A stretch of 32,866 nt of DNA from a virus, in IMG/VR virus record IMGVR_UViG_3300025706_000016, one strand, 5' to 3'. The notes under the pieces were generated by a model. It was not told the DNA's origin. It did not search any database and saw only the letters and a list, made by a program, of their open reading frames with translations. Shown piece by piece: positions 8,458 through 18,213 of the stretch (the first letter of the stretch is position 1; each line of letters begins with the position of its first letter). The translations under genes and the position numbers were made by a program.

Positions 8458-10200
8458 ATGGCTATTTCTTATGGAAGTGAATATGTATTTAATAGTGCTT
8501 CTACAAGTGTTCCCAGATCTGCTGCTATAGATTCAACTCATTTTGTAGTAGTTTATAGAGATGCTGGAAACTCTTATTATGGAGTTGCTATTATAGGAAC
8601 TGTTGCAACAGACGGTTCTATTACTTATGGAAGTGAGTATGTATTTAATAGTGCTTCTACAAATAATATTGATGTTACAGTTTTAGATTCAACACATATA
8701 GCTATTTCTTATATGGATATTGGAAACTCTAACTATGGAACTGCTATTATAGGAACTATATCAAATGATGATGAAATAAGCTTTGGAAGCGAATATGTTT
8801 ATCGAAGTGTTGAAACTACATTCAATAGAATATCAACCTTAAGTTCAACCAAGTTTGTTATTGCTTTTTTTGGACCACAATCTTATTCAAACTATGGTAA
8901 TGCTATTATAGGAACTGTTTCATCTGGTAATCAAATATCATATGGAACATTAAATGAGTTTTCAGGTGATGCCACAACAGCAGATATAAAATGTAAAACT
9001 TTATCATCTTCTAAGTTTGTGGTTTGTTATAGAAAACCATCTGGAACTACCTATGGCTATTGTCGTATAGGTTCTGTTTCATCTTCAACTATTACTTATG
9101 GAACTGAAGTTTCTATTATATCTGAAGATACGAGAATCTCAGATTTGAATGTTTTAGATTCTACACATTTTGCAGTTGCCTATTATAGACAAGCATCTAC
9201 TTCGACTGGTTATATTAAAATAGGTGTAGTTTCAGACACTACTATTACATTGGGTGATGCTTATTCATATTCTTCATCTATCAACTTTATTACTACTACA
9301 GCTACATTAAGTTCGACTGAGTTTGCTGTTCAATATGGTAGTTATGGTAAAACAAAAATAGGAACTATATCCAATGATGATGAAATAAGTTTTGGGAGTG
9401 AAAGCTCAGCAAGTATAAGCACGGTCTCTAAACCAAACATATGTGCTTTAGATTCAACACATGTTGTTCTTGTTTTTGAAGACACTGGAAACTCTAACTA
9501 TGGAACTGCAGTAGTTGGAGCAACTGAAATAATCCTAAGCTTTGCAGCAACAATCGATTATAGCTATGATATAACAGCAACAGTTTCTCCAGCTCTATCT
9601 CTCTCTTCTACTATAAACTATGATTATGATTTATTAGCTGATACTTCCCTTAATCTCAATATATCCTCTCCAATAGATTACAATATTGATTATATATCCC
9701 CTATAACTGGAACATCATCATTCTCTTCCACTATTGATTATGATTATTCTATATTTAGTTTATTGCAAAATATATTATTAAGTGATTTTGTTATAGATTA
9801 TGGTGTAGATTATTCGGCAGATATAGTTGGAGAAGGTTCTATATCGGCTGTTATAGATTATGATTATGATATTCTCTCCCCAGTAAATACACATTATTCA
9901 ATAGCTCCTGTTATAGATTATGATATTGATTATGTTATTACATCTGAAGGTTCAGCTGATTTAGATGCTATAGTAGATTATGATTATGATTGGGGTAGTT
10001 GGTATGATTATCCAGGAAGAATAAATCGTTCTTATAGTTTTATCAATAATAGAAATATATCTTATTCTATTGGAAATAAGCAAGATAATAGAAATAGTAA
10101 AGCACAAATAACATCTATTGGTTTTACTCCTACAGAAACAGAAAATATGGCAAATACTATTCCTACTCTTGAAAACAGCAAACAAAGTAGAGGTAAATAA
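8458..10200 (+). CDS. Repeat protein: predicted 7-bladed beta-propeller plus C-terminal 20-aa IDYDYD tandem repeats
   Basis: Seven ~50-aa repeats (I[ST][YF]GSEYVF.S....LDSTHF.V.Y.D.GNSNYGTAIIGT) span aa 1-355. Eight 20-aa repeats follow. Confidence 0.85.
   Translation: MAISYGSEYVFNSASTSVPRSAAIDSTHFVVVYRDAGNSYYGVAIIGTVATDGSITYGSEYVFNSASTNNIDVTVLDSTHIAISYMDIGNSNYGTAIIGTISNDDEISFGSEYVYRSVETTFNRISTLSSTKFVIAFFGPQSYSNYGNAIIGTVSSGNQISYGTLNEFSGDATTADIKCKTLSSSKFVVCYRKPSGTTYGYCRIGSVSSSTITYGTEVSIISEDTRISDLNVLDSTHFAVAYYRQASTSTGYIKIGVVSDTTITLGDAYSYSSSINFITTTATLSSTEFAVQYGSYGKTKIGTISNDDEISFGSESSASISTVSKPNICALDSTHVVLVFEDTGNSNYGTAVVGATEIILSFAATIDYSYDITATVSPALSLSSTINYDYDLLADTSLNLNISSPIDYNIDYISPITGTSSFSSTIDYDYSIFSLLQNILLSDFVIDYGVDYSADIVGEGSISAVIDYDYDILSPVNTHYSIAPVIDYDIDYVITSEGSADLDAIVDYDYDWGSWYDYPGRINRSYSFINNRNISYSIGNKQDNRNSKAQITSIGFTPTETENMANTIPTLENSKQSRGK
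9550..10010 (+). repeat. Coding tandem repeat, period 60 nt, about 7.7 copies
   Basis: Units start at 9550, 9610, 9670, 9730, 9790, 9850, 9910 and 9970. Each begins with the core (a/g)t(a/c)gattatgattatgat, encoding IDYDYD. Confidence 0.9.
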
Positions 10201-10202
10201 AT

Positions 10203-10820
10203 ATGATATACTTGAATCAGGCATTAAAACAATATTTCACAACTGGGATTGATAATGACAATGTCAAATCTATCAAGCTTAAGTGGATAAATCCAGACCA
10301 AGAAACTGGAGAAATAACAACTGGTATAGAAGTTGAATCATCAGCAGATGGTGAATATTATGTAGAGTTAGAAAATGATTTTCTTGATGTAGCTGGTGTT
10401 TGGACATTTTGGGCTGAAGTAACTGATGTAGATGATAATATATTCCCAGGCACTCCATTTCAAATAGTTGTAAGTGAAGAAGGAACTGGTCAAATCCCAG
10501 TTACATTAGAAGGAATAAAATCTTATTTGGGTATTACTACATCTGATAAAGATGAAGAGATTAAGGTTATGATACCAATGCTTATGCAAAAGTATTTAGA
10601 GATTAGAAATGCCCCTTATGAAACAGTAGGTGATGTTACTATTTATCCAGAAGGTATGGAATATGTAATAGCTCAAATGTATAAACATATCTCTTCAAAA
10701 GATGGTGATGCCTTATCAGAAAGCATAGGAAACTATTCTATAACTAAAAGAACTAACTATATGGGATTTCCAACATCCATTACTTGTTTAATAAAGAAAT
10801 ATCAAGGGAGAGTGATATGA
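10203..10820 (+). CDS. Head-tail connector/adaptor (gp6/gp15-like) with an N-terminal beta-sandwich extension
   Basis: The C-terminal half (LEGIKSYLGITTSDKDEEIKVMIPMLMQKYLEIRN) matches the Phage_connect_1 pattern. About 95 extra N-terminal residues (WTFWAEVTDVDDNIFPGTPFQIVV) look Ig/FN3-like. Confidence 0.55.
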   Translation: MIYLNQALKQYFTTGIDNDNVKSIKLKWINPDQETGEITTGIEVESSADGEYYVELENDFLDVAGVWTFWAEVTDVDDNIFPGTPFQIVVSEEGTGQIPVTLEGIKSYLGITTSDKDEEIKVMIPMLMQKYLEIRNAPYETVGDVTIYPEGMEYVIAQMYKHISSKDGDALSESIGNYSITKRTNYMGFPTSITCLIKKYQGRVI

Positions 10821-11128
10821 TTGAAAAGTATTTTACTACTCCATTTAGTGTGAGTATTTATACTGAAAGTAAGAGTAATGGGACTATGAAGGTTTCTTAT
10901 ACCTCTGGTTATAGTGGATTTTGTCATATAGATCCATTGTCTGTTGCTATCAAGTTTGAGAGTGATAAGATTAAAGCTCTTGCTACACATCGTCTTTTTA
11001 CTACTTATCTGCCAACACAAATGAAGCCATTAGATTTAGTAGTAGTTGGAACCAAGACATATAAAGTATTACAAGTATTGAATGCAGCTGGTATGGGTTA
11101 TCACACTGAAGCTATATTGGAGGGATAA
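10817..11128 (+). CDS. Head closure / head-tail joining protein (SPP1 gp16-like)
   Basis: GGGAG RBS and ATGA overlap with the upstream stop favour ATG 10817 over the track start 10784. About 103 aa, with the positional and length pattern of head-tail joining proteins. Confidence 0.55.
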   Translation: MIEKYFTTPFSVSIYTESKSNGTMKVSYTSGYSGFCHIDPLSVAIKFESDKIKALATHRLFTTYLPTQMKPLDLVVVGTKTYKVLQVLNAAGMGYHTEAILEG

Positions 11129-11454
11129 TGTTATTCAGAGAAAGACAGGAAAGGCATGAAAAAGAGTTTCTTAGAAAAGTAGGTAATGCTATTCAGTTGT
11201 CTTTGAATCAAGCAGGTAGAATAGTAATGTCTTACTTGCAAACAGAAACTCCTGTGAGAAAAGGTTTTCTTAAATCTCAAAATGGATATGAAGTAGAGCC
11301 ACCTTTTTTGATTATTTATAATAAAGCTCCATATGCTAAATGGGTAGAGTTTGGGACTTATAGAATGTATGCTAATCCATATATGAGGAGAAGTATAGAT
11401 ATGAGTAAAAGAGGTATTTTTGATTTAATAAAGAAAAACCTGGGAGCAAGATAA
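11128..11454 (+). CDS. Tail component, HK97 gp10-like
   Basis: NKAPYAKWVEFGTYRMYANPYMRRS matches the HK97-gp10-like motif (vEfGT....a.Pf). TAATG overlap with the upstream gene. Confidence 0.7.
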   Translation: MLFRERQERHEKEFLRKVGNAIQLSLNQAGRIVMSYLQTETPVRKGFLKSQNGYEVEPPFLIIYNKAPYAKWVEFGTYRMYANPYMRRSIDMSKRGIFDLIKKNLGAR

Positions 11455-11455
11455 T

Positions 11456-11818
11456 ATGGGAGTAGATAAAGGATTTTATGATTATTTAGATGCTGCTTTT
11501 ACTTATCCAGTTTATTGGGGAAGGATTAGCACAACTGAATCAGCAAAAGAGGTAATAAACTTTTTTAGAATATCTACAGCTCAAGATGATATGAATCCAA
11601 TAAGATTGATTACATATCAAGTGAGTGTGAGAGCAGGAGATTTAGAAACTGTTCAAGGTATGGCTAAAACAGTTTGTGATATATTAAGAGGATATACAGG
11701 AACTTGGGATAATATAGCAGTATATGTTCTTGGAGTAGAAGAGCTGGGAAATCTATTCGAAGAAGATGGACAGTTATATCACATACCAATCCAGTGTATT
11801 GTTAAAGTAGTCGATTAA
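11456..11818 (+). CDS. Tail completion / terminator-like protein (DUF3168-like)
   Basis: 120 aa, immediately before the major tail gene, with a sequence pattern typical of gp17-like proteins. Confidence 0.5.
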   Translation: MGVDKGFYDYLDAAFTYPVYWGRISTTESAKEVINFFRISTAQDDMNPIRLITYQVSVRAGDLETVQGMAKTVCDILRGYTGTWDNIAVYVLGVEELGNLFEEDGQLYHIPIQCIVKVVD

Positions 11819-11835
11819 AAATAGGAGAACAAAGC

Positions 11836-12648
11836 ATGGCATATAACACCTTTTCAAATGCAGATAAGCTAACCCAATCATACAAACCAGCAATAGTTTC
11901 TTATAGAGATTATGGCTCAACTGGTGCTTGGACAAAAGCTTTATTTGCCAATGCTGTTCAATACAACGCTACAAGAGAAGTTACAGATGTTGTTTATCAA
12001 GATGTTGGAACTGTAGAATCACTTGTCTCTGCAGAAACTGTAGAGATTAGTTGGGAGAGCGGTCGAGTATTCGATTTGAATGCTATTTCTGCTTTATCTG
12101 GTGGTCTTTATGCACTTTCTACAGTTGCAGGAACATTAGTTGAAAATGAAGAATATGTTGCATCTTCAGGAGCTTGGAACTATGGAAAGTTCATTCTTCT
12201 TCCAGGTCAAAACTCTTCTGGTGCAAAACAAACAATAGCATCTGTTGTAGGTTCTGTTGATGGCGCACTTGTATTAGACACAGATTATTTTCAAGTTCAG
12301 TTAGACGAAGTTGGTTGGGGTCTATATATCATAGATTCTACAACTGTTACTACAGAAGCTCAAAACATTACAATCACATATGATTATACACCTGCAGCTT
12401 CAACAGTATTAAAAACTGGTGGAGTTAAAACCATCAATCCAATCGAGCTCAAGTTTGAAACACTTGATGCTTCAAGTAATGAAGTAACTTTAATATTCTA
12501 CAAAGTAAATCCATCTGGAACTATCGGACATGGATTCACTGGTGAGAATGAAGCTACTCCAGCAACCATTCCATTTACATTTACAGCAGTTAAAGACACA
12601 TCAAGAGCTGAGGGTGATCAGCTTTATACAGAAGTTAGAGCAAGCTAA
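11836..12648 (+). CDS. Major tail protein
   Basis: 270 aa, located between the connector genes and the G/GT chaperone. Followed by a strong terminator. Confidence 0.7.
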   Translation: MAYNTFSNADKLTQSYKPAIVSYRDYGSTGAWTKALFANAVQYNATREVTDVVYQDVGTVESLVSAETVEISWESGRVFDLNAISALSGGLYALSTVAGTLVENEEYVASSGAWNYGKFILLPGQNSSGAKQTIASVVGSVDGALVLDTDYFQVQLDEVGWGLYIIDSTTVTTEAQNITITYDYTPAASTVLKTGGVKTINPIELKFETLDASSNEVTLIFYKVNPSGTIGHGFTGENEATPATIPFTFTAVKDTSRAEGDQLYTEVRAS

Positions 12649-12655
12649 TCTTAAT

Positions 12656-12683
12656 GGTGGGGAATATCTCCCCACCTATTTTT
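12656..12683 (+). terminator. Rho-independent terminator
   Basis: ggtgggga-atatc-tccccacc stem-loop followed by tattttt. Confidence 0.8.
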
Positions 12684-12706
12684 CATAATATAGAAAGGAG
12701 AAACTC

Positions 12707-13120
12707 ATGTTTGATGCAAGAGCAAAGCTGGAATCACAAAAGAGGATTTATAAAACTGTCAATGGTCAAGAGTTAGATGTTACATTTATGCCATTTGCTT
12801 TGAATAAGTTAGGTTTAGAATATACTACTGCCTATTTTGATAGCGTAAATGCTTTGAAAGAATATCAGAAAAAACCAGTAGATAAAATAACAGAGAAAGA
12901 TGTTGATGATCTTCAAAAGAAAATGAAGATTTATACAGATAAAGGTAAAGAGATTATTATAGCAGCACTTCATGCAAATGGTAAAGAAGTAGATGAAAAA
13001 TGGTTAGAAGAAAATCTTGTAGCTGATGAGTTTCATCTTTTTATAAACTACATCCAAAGAAGAGACGAAGATACAGAAGAAAAAAAAACAAACTCCTTGG
13101 ATGGAAACCAAACCCAATAA
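12707..13120 (+). CDS. Tail assembly chaperone (gpG-like)
   Basis: AAGGAG RBS. 137 aa, acidic. Lies directly upstream of the tape measure gene. Confidence 0.75.
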   Translation: MFDARAKLESQKRIYKTVNGQELDVTFMPFALNKLGLEYTTAYFDSVNALKEYQKKPVDKITEKDVDDLQKKMKIYTDKGKEIIIAALHANGKEVDEKWLEENLVADEFHLFINYIQRRDEDTEEKKTNSLDGNQTQ

Positions 13121-13380
13121 AAATACTAACCCTTATTCAAAGGGAATATAATATTCCAAGAGATGATTTATTATGGAAATATACTTGGGATGAGATACAA
13201 GATTATATCTATTCCATCCCCATTGACAGAGTTACTTTTATTGGACCAAATGATACACAAGAAACTTTGAATAAAAGATTTTTATCTGCATGGTGTGATA
13301 AAGTTGAAATAAAAGAGAGTGTTATCAATCAAGAGTTTGCAGATTTCTATAATAGATTTTATTCCAAAAAAGTGGGGTAA
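12707..13380 (+). CDS. Tail assembly chaperone frameshift fusion (gpGT-like), via a -1 shift near 13087
   Basis: The -1 frame reads KKNKLLGWKPNPIKILTLIQREYNIPRDDLLWKYTWDEIQDYIYSIP...FYSKKVG and ends 4 nt before the tape measure ATG. This is the conserved G/GT arrangement. Confidence 0.6.
13081..13087 (+). promoter_or_regulatory. -1 programmed frameshift slippery heptamer A_AAA_AAA
   Basis: The zero-frame codons are AAA (13082) and AAA (13085), inside a 9-A run at 13080-13088. The -1 frame is open from here to TAA 13378-13380 and has no start codon of its own. Confidence 0.65.
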
Positions 13381-13383
13381 TAT

Positions 13384-15981
13384 ATGATCGATTCAAATCT
13401 TGGAGAACTATTCTATAAACTTGTTTTAGACGAAAGTGACTTCAATAAATCAATAAACAAAGCAGAAGATCGTGTTGATCTATTCAATAAAAAACTTGAC
13501 CGTGTTGGTAAAGAACTAACCACTAAACTTACTCTTCCAATATTAGCAGCAGGAACAGCTGCTATTAAAATGGCTGCAGATGCAGAAGCTGCTGCTTCCA
13601 AGTTTGATAAAGCGTTTGCTGGTGCTGCTAAAGATGCACAAGCTGCAGTTAAAGCTTTAGGTGATAGTTATGGTTATTCAAATACAGAAGCAACAAAACT
13701 TCTTGCTAACACTGGAGATTTATTAAAAGGATTTAATGCAACATCTGATCAAGCATTAGAAATATCAACTCGTGTTCAAATGATGGCTAAAGATTTAGCT
13801 ATCTATAACAATGTTCAGGGTGGTGCTGCAGTAGCTTCTCAAAAGCTTACAAAAGCAATGTTAGGGGAAACTGAAGGATTAGTAGAGTTAGGTATTAAAC
13901 TATCTCAAGCAGATATACAACAAGAGTTAGTAAGAACTGGTCAGGATAAACTTACTGGTCAAGCTTTACTACTTGCAAAAGCTCAAGCTACATTAAATCT
14001 GGCATCACAACAATCAGTTGATGCTATGGGTGCTTATGCTCGTTCTGGTGGTAATGCAACTGTTATGATGGAAGAGTTTAAGAAAGAGATTGCTAACCTT
14101 GCAGTTGAATATGGTGAAGTTTTAATGCCTACTTTCAAAGCTCTATTAGGCGGATTGACTGATTTAGTTAAGGGTATGTCTGATGCTGGTCCTAATATGA
14201 AGGGCTTTGTTGTGACATTATTAGGAATAGCAGCTGGTGCAGGTCCTGCTATTAAAGGTATAAAAGGTATTTCTGTTGCAATAAAAGCATTGAATGCTTT
14301 AGCAAAGGGAAATCCTCTTGGTATTCTTGTAGCTGGTATAGTTGCCTTAGTGACAGCATATAATGGATTAAGAGCTGCTGCTGAAGACAGAGAAATAGAA
14401 AGAAAACAACTATGGTCTTTCATGCCTGGTATAGATTCAATAGAACAAGGCAAGAAGGATCTAAAAGAAATAACTGCTCTTACTCGTCAATATTTCAAAG
14501 AAAGAGATGCTCTCTCTAAGGGTAGTGCTGCATGGCAAGCTGCTGATTCTAAAGCTCAAGATGCTGCACAAAAAGTTAAACAATATGAAGCTGCTCTAAA
14601 TCTTGCTATACAACAAGAAAAAGTAATGGCTCAACTTCAAGAGGATAAAGAGAAAAAAGAACAAGCTGCAGTTGATTTAACAGAGGAATATAAGAAAGCT
14701 CGTGAAGATGTATTAAAAATACTTGAGGATGAAAAGAGTGAGTATGATAAAATACAAGAACAAATAGATGCTCTTTCCAAATATCCATGGGCTGGTGGTC
14801 AGTTAGAAGAAGAAAGATTAAAAGCAATCGAGATATTAAAAGCAAAACAAAAAGAACTAATAGACCAACAACTTGAAGATGAAAGAGATGCAGCCATTGA
14901 AAGAGCAGAAATAGAAGTTGCTACACTTGAAGCTATGCAAGCTGCTGAAGCTGCTTACTATGAAGAGCAAGCAAGATTAGCACAAGAAGCTCGTAATGAA
15001 AGAATGGGCAGTATTGATGATGTATTAAAACAATATTCTAACGCAGATGAGAGTGAGCTTGATAAACTTAAAGCAAAACTTGAAGATGTAATGGCTGTTG
15101 AAACAGAATGGTATGATGAAGTATTAGATAAAGAAAGAGCTATTGCTTTATTAAGAGAGCAGATAAATAAAGAAACAGAAAAAGCAGAGAAACAACAAGC
15201 TGAGGAAAGAAGAAAGAGATTCCAAGAAGAGTTTTCTTTTTATTCATCCCAAGCTCAGAATATAATGACTATATTCTCTTTAATGTCATCTTATCAATCT
15301 AATCTTGAACAAACAAGAATAAGTAATATTGAAGCTGAAACAGATGCTATGCTTACTAATCTTGATTTAAGATTAGCGGCTATCAAGCAACAAGCTGAAG
15401 CTGGTGAGATAACTCGTGAAGAAGAAGCTGAACATATTAAGGCATTAGAAAATGAGAAACTAAGAACTGAATATGAAGCAGAGTTAGCTAAATATGAAAT
15501 AGAAAAAGATGCATTTGAAAGAAAAAAGAAAATAGCCATAGCTGAAATAGCACTTAATACATCCATTGCAATCATCAAGGGATATGCAGAACTTGGTCCA
15601 ATAAAGGGAAGTATTGCAGCAATCTTATTAGCTGGTATTGCTGCTGGACAAATAGCCGTTGCTACATCTCAACAACCTCCACAACCTCCCATCCCTCCAA
15701 CTTATTTAGCTGATGGTGGTATAGTAACAGAACCAACTAATGCTATCATTGGAGAAGGTAGAGATGATGAAGCAGTCCTACCACTAAATGATATGACATT
15801 CAGAAAGTTAGGACAAGCTATTGTTGATAGTATGCAAGGTTCAGTAGTTGATAAAACTGGTCAAGAAATGAACTTGACTATTATATTAGAAGATTTAGGA
15901 CAAACAACACTGAAAGTAACACAAGATGCTCTTAACTCAGGAGTTATTCGTGTTCCATCAAGAGTTGTAGTAAGAGGATAA
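13384..15981 (+). CDS. Tail tape measure protein
   Basis: 865 aa. Ala-rich N-terminal domain, hydrophobic Gly/Ala segments, long coiled coil, and a C-terminal LADGGIVTEPT...GEGRDDEAVLPL motif. Confidence 0.9.
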   Translation: MIDSNLGELFYKLVLDESDFNKSINKAEDRVDLFNKKLDRVGKELTTKLTLPILAAGTAAIKMAADAEAAASKFDKAFAGAAKDAQAAVKALGDSYGYSNTEATKLLANTGDLLKGFNATSDQALEISTRVQMMAKDLAIYNNVQGGAAVASQKLTKAMLGETEGLVELGIKLSQADIQQELVRTGQDKLTGQALLLAKAQATLNLASQQSVDAMGAYARSGGNATVMMEEFKKEIANLAVEYGEVLMPTFKALLGGLTDLVKGMSDAGPNMKGFVVTLLGIAAGAGPAIKGIKGISVAIKALNALAKGNPLGILVAGIVALVTAYNGLRAAAEDREIERKQLWSFMPGIDSIEQGKKDLKEITALTRQYFKERDALSKGSAAWQAADSKAQDAAQKVKQYEAALNLAIQQEKVMAQLQEDKEKKEQAAVDLTEEYKKAREDVLKILEDEKSEYDKIQEQIDALSKYPWAGGQLEEERLKAIEILKAKQKELIDQQLEDERDAAIERAEIEVATLEAMQAAEAAYYEEQARLAQEARNERMGSIDDVLKQYSNADESELDKLKAKLEDVMAVETEWYDEVLDKERAIALLREQINKETEKAEKQQAEERRKRFQEEFSFYSSQAQNIMTIFSLMSSYQSNLEQTRISNIEAETDAMLTNLDLRLAAIKQQAEAGEITREEEAEHIKALENEKLRTEYEAELAKYEIEKDAFERKKKIAIAEIALNTSIAIIKGYAELGPIKGSIAAILLAGIAAGQIAVATSQQPPQPPIPPTYLADGGIVTEPTNAIIGEGRDDEAVLPLNDMTFRKLGQAIVDSMQGSVVDKTGQEMNLTIILEDLGQTTLKVTQDALNSGVIRVPSRVVVRG

Positions 15982-15982
15982 T

Positions 15983-16750
15983 ATGCAAATATTTTATAAC
16001 AACTATATTTCAACTTCAACTCTCACACCATTAAATACACCAGTTTTCCAAGATGTAGAAGTTTTGAAGATACCTCACTTGTCAAGAACATTTACACAGG
16101 ACAATAGTGGAGCAGACCCATATATCAAAATAGATTTAACGGAAGCAAAGCTTATTAAATCAGTAATCATTGATAAGGGAAGTTTATCCTCTTCATCTAC
16201 TGTATTGTTAGAGTGGAGTGATGATGATTTTTCTTCGGTTGAAGATTCTGCAGAGATGACATTTGCAGATACTTGTTTTTATTGGAAGGATGCTACTGGA
16301 TTAAGCTATAGATATTGGAGAGTGACTATGACTGATTCAGCTGATGATATTACTATTGGATATATTCATATTGGAGATTATATAACACTTCCTGGTATAG
16401 ATCCAAATGCAACATTAAAGTATGCTACATCTTCAACAAGACAACTATCTATTTCAATGCAAACATATGGAGATGAGGGATTAAACTATTTAGCAACTAC
16501 ATTCCGCTTTCCTGTTGTTCCAGAAGATACTATAGTATTAAATGGAGAAACATTAGCAACCAGAAAAGATATAATAAGCATGTTTCATACAGTTCAAAAT
16601 ATTCACCCTATTTGGTTATTCATATGGGAAGAAAGTTTAGATGCTTTTCCACCTGTCTTCTGTGTTATAGACCAATCAAGCATTGACTTTCAATCTTCAA
16701 TAAATAGAGGTTTATATTCAACTGATATATCGTTCTTAGAGGTGAAGTAA
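15983..16750 (+). CDS. Distal tail protein (Dit) candidate
   Basis: 255 aa immediately after the tape measure gene. The call rests on position and size only. Confidence 0.45.
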   Translation: MQIFYNNYISTSTLTPLNTPVFQDVEVLKIPHLSRTFTQDNSGADPYIKIDLTEAKLIKSVIIDKGSLSSSSTVLLEWSDDDFSSVEDSAEMTFADTCFYWKDATGLSYRYWRVTMTDSADDITIGYIHIGDYITLPGIDPNATLKYATSSTRQLSISMQTYGDEGLNYLATTFRFPVVPEDTIVLNGETLATRKDIISMFHTVQNIHPIWLFIWEESLDAFPPVFCVIDQSSIDFQSSINRGLYSTDISFLEVK

Positions 16751-16752
16751 AA

Positions 16753-18213
16753 ATGAAAATAACAAACGCTGCACTTATTCAAGAAGATTGGGGAAATGAA
16801 GTTGATATTAAAGCACTATTAAAATATGGTAGATATAATCTATCACTATCTAAAAGCGGAAATAATATAGTAGCTGCTGCTGGTTCTTTTGTAGATTACA
16901 ATGGAACATTATATACTTGCTCAACAGATGAAACACTATATTCTTCAGCATTATCTGATGGTAAGTATTTTCTTACATCAACAGGGACGCCTGCTTCCAC
17001 ATTATCATTCACAGTTTCAACTGATACATTTATGACAATAGATTACACAAAGAATAGAGTATTGAATAGTTCAAGTAATCAGGTATATGCAGAAATAACT
17101 GTAAAAGATGGGGTTTATACTTTTTCTGATATGACTGGGAGGAATCATAACACTGCAAGAAAGGCAACATATAAAGGAAGAGATTTGAGTGTTATGCTTG
17201 CTGATATTATTGCTTATGATAGATTATTTCCGTTAGAGGAGCTTACTTATCATGATGCAGTAAATGATTGGGTTTTATCTGATATGGGTATAGCATTGAA
17301 GTTGAGAAATGGATATATTAGATGGAGTAGTGATATGATGACTTGGACAAGTGGAACTTGTTCTGATATAACATTGACTGATTTTAACTTTACTGGTGGA
17401 GCTTATCATGATGGAAAGTTTGTTGTTGTAGGAACTTCATTATCTCGATGGAGTATATTATATTCTGAAGATGGCAAAATCTGGGAAGAGGTTTATTATT
17501 CTACAGCTGGTTCTCCACCTGATAAAGTAAGATGGGTAAATGATAGATTTTTAGTATGGGGAAATGGAAGATTAGTTTATTCTACAAATGGACAAAGTTG
17601 GACTTTAACTACTATTGATTCAGGAACAACTGATATAGTTTATGGAGCTGGAGTATGGGTTAGTGCTCGTCCAGCAGGAATATACTCCTCATCTAATCTT
17701 TCATCTTGGACTTTAAGATTGACTCACGCTAATAATGGAGTTGCTTGGAATGGAAGTGTGTTCTGTGATGCCCCATCTGGTTCATCTTCAGCCTGTGTTC
17801 AATATACATCAACAAATGGAACAGCTTGGACTGCACCTAATAACACAACTTGGAAGGCACAAATCCACTTCTTTGCTTCCTCAACTGAATATTTCCCTAT
17901 GAATAAAATAGTCGGTGGTGATGGTTATTTTATTGCCTCCATACAAGAGGATACAACTGCCGGTGCATATGATTATTATTTAATATCATCTACTGATGGA
18001 ATAAACTGGCAACATATCTGTGATAATGCTCAAGTAGCAGCTACAGCAGCTCCTAATGGACCACTTATTACTCATGGTATAGGAAGAGCTGCAAGTATAA
18101 GATTCAACGACCATATGTTTTATTCTTGGGGAGCAAATGCTTATGTTTCACCAATGCTTCCATTGGTTTATAGTCCATCTTTCTTTGTTCATAAATATAG
18201 GAGCTCAAAATGA
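16753..18213 (+). CDS. BNR/Asp-box repeat beta-propeller tail protein, paralog 1 (receptor-binding candidate)
   Basis: S-x-[DN]-x-G-x-[ST]-W-like motifs: YSEDGKIWEE, YSTNGQSWTL, TSTNGTAWTA, SSTDGINWQH. Its N-terminal module is shared with the next two ORFs. Confidence 0.7.
   Translation: MKITNAALIQEDWGNEVDIKALLKYGRYNLSLSKSGNNIVAAAGSFVDYNGTLYTCSTDETLYSSALSDGKYFLTSTGTPASTLSFTVSTDTFMTIDYTKNRVLNSSSNQVYAEITVKDGVYTFSDMTGRNHNTARKATYKGRDLSVMLADIIAYDRLFPLEELTYHDAVNDWVLSDMGIALKLRNGYIRWSSDMMTWTSGTCSDITLTDFNFTGGAYHDGKFVVVGTSLSRWSILYSEDGKIWEEVYYSTAGSPPDKVRWVNDRFLVWGNGRLVYSTNGQSWTLTTIDSGTTDIVYGAGVWVSARPAGIYSSSNLSSWTLRLTHANNGVAWNGSVFCDAPSGSSSACVQYTSTNGTAWTAPNNTTWKAQIHFFASSTEYFPMNKIVGGDGYFIASIQEDTTAGAYDYYLISSTDGINWQHICDNAQVAATAAPNGPLITHGIGRAASIRFNDHMFYSWGANAYVSPMLPLVYSPSFFVHKYRSSK
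17683..17723 (+). repeat. 41-bp block identical to 20681-20721 (paralog 1 copy)
   Basis: tactcctcatctaatctttcatcttggactttaagattgac, encoding YSSSNLSSWTLRLT. Confidence 0.9.

Noticed and set aside
9550-10010. A regular 60-nt repeat array that could superficially resemble a CRISPR-like array
   Set aside because: The units are contiguous with no unique spacers and are in frame within a long ORF. They encode a 20-aa protein repeat. No cas genes are present.
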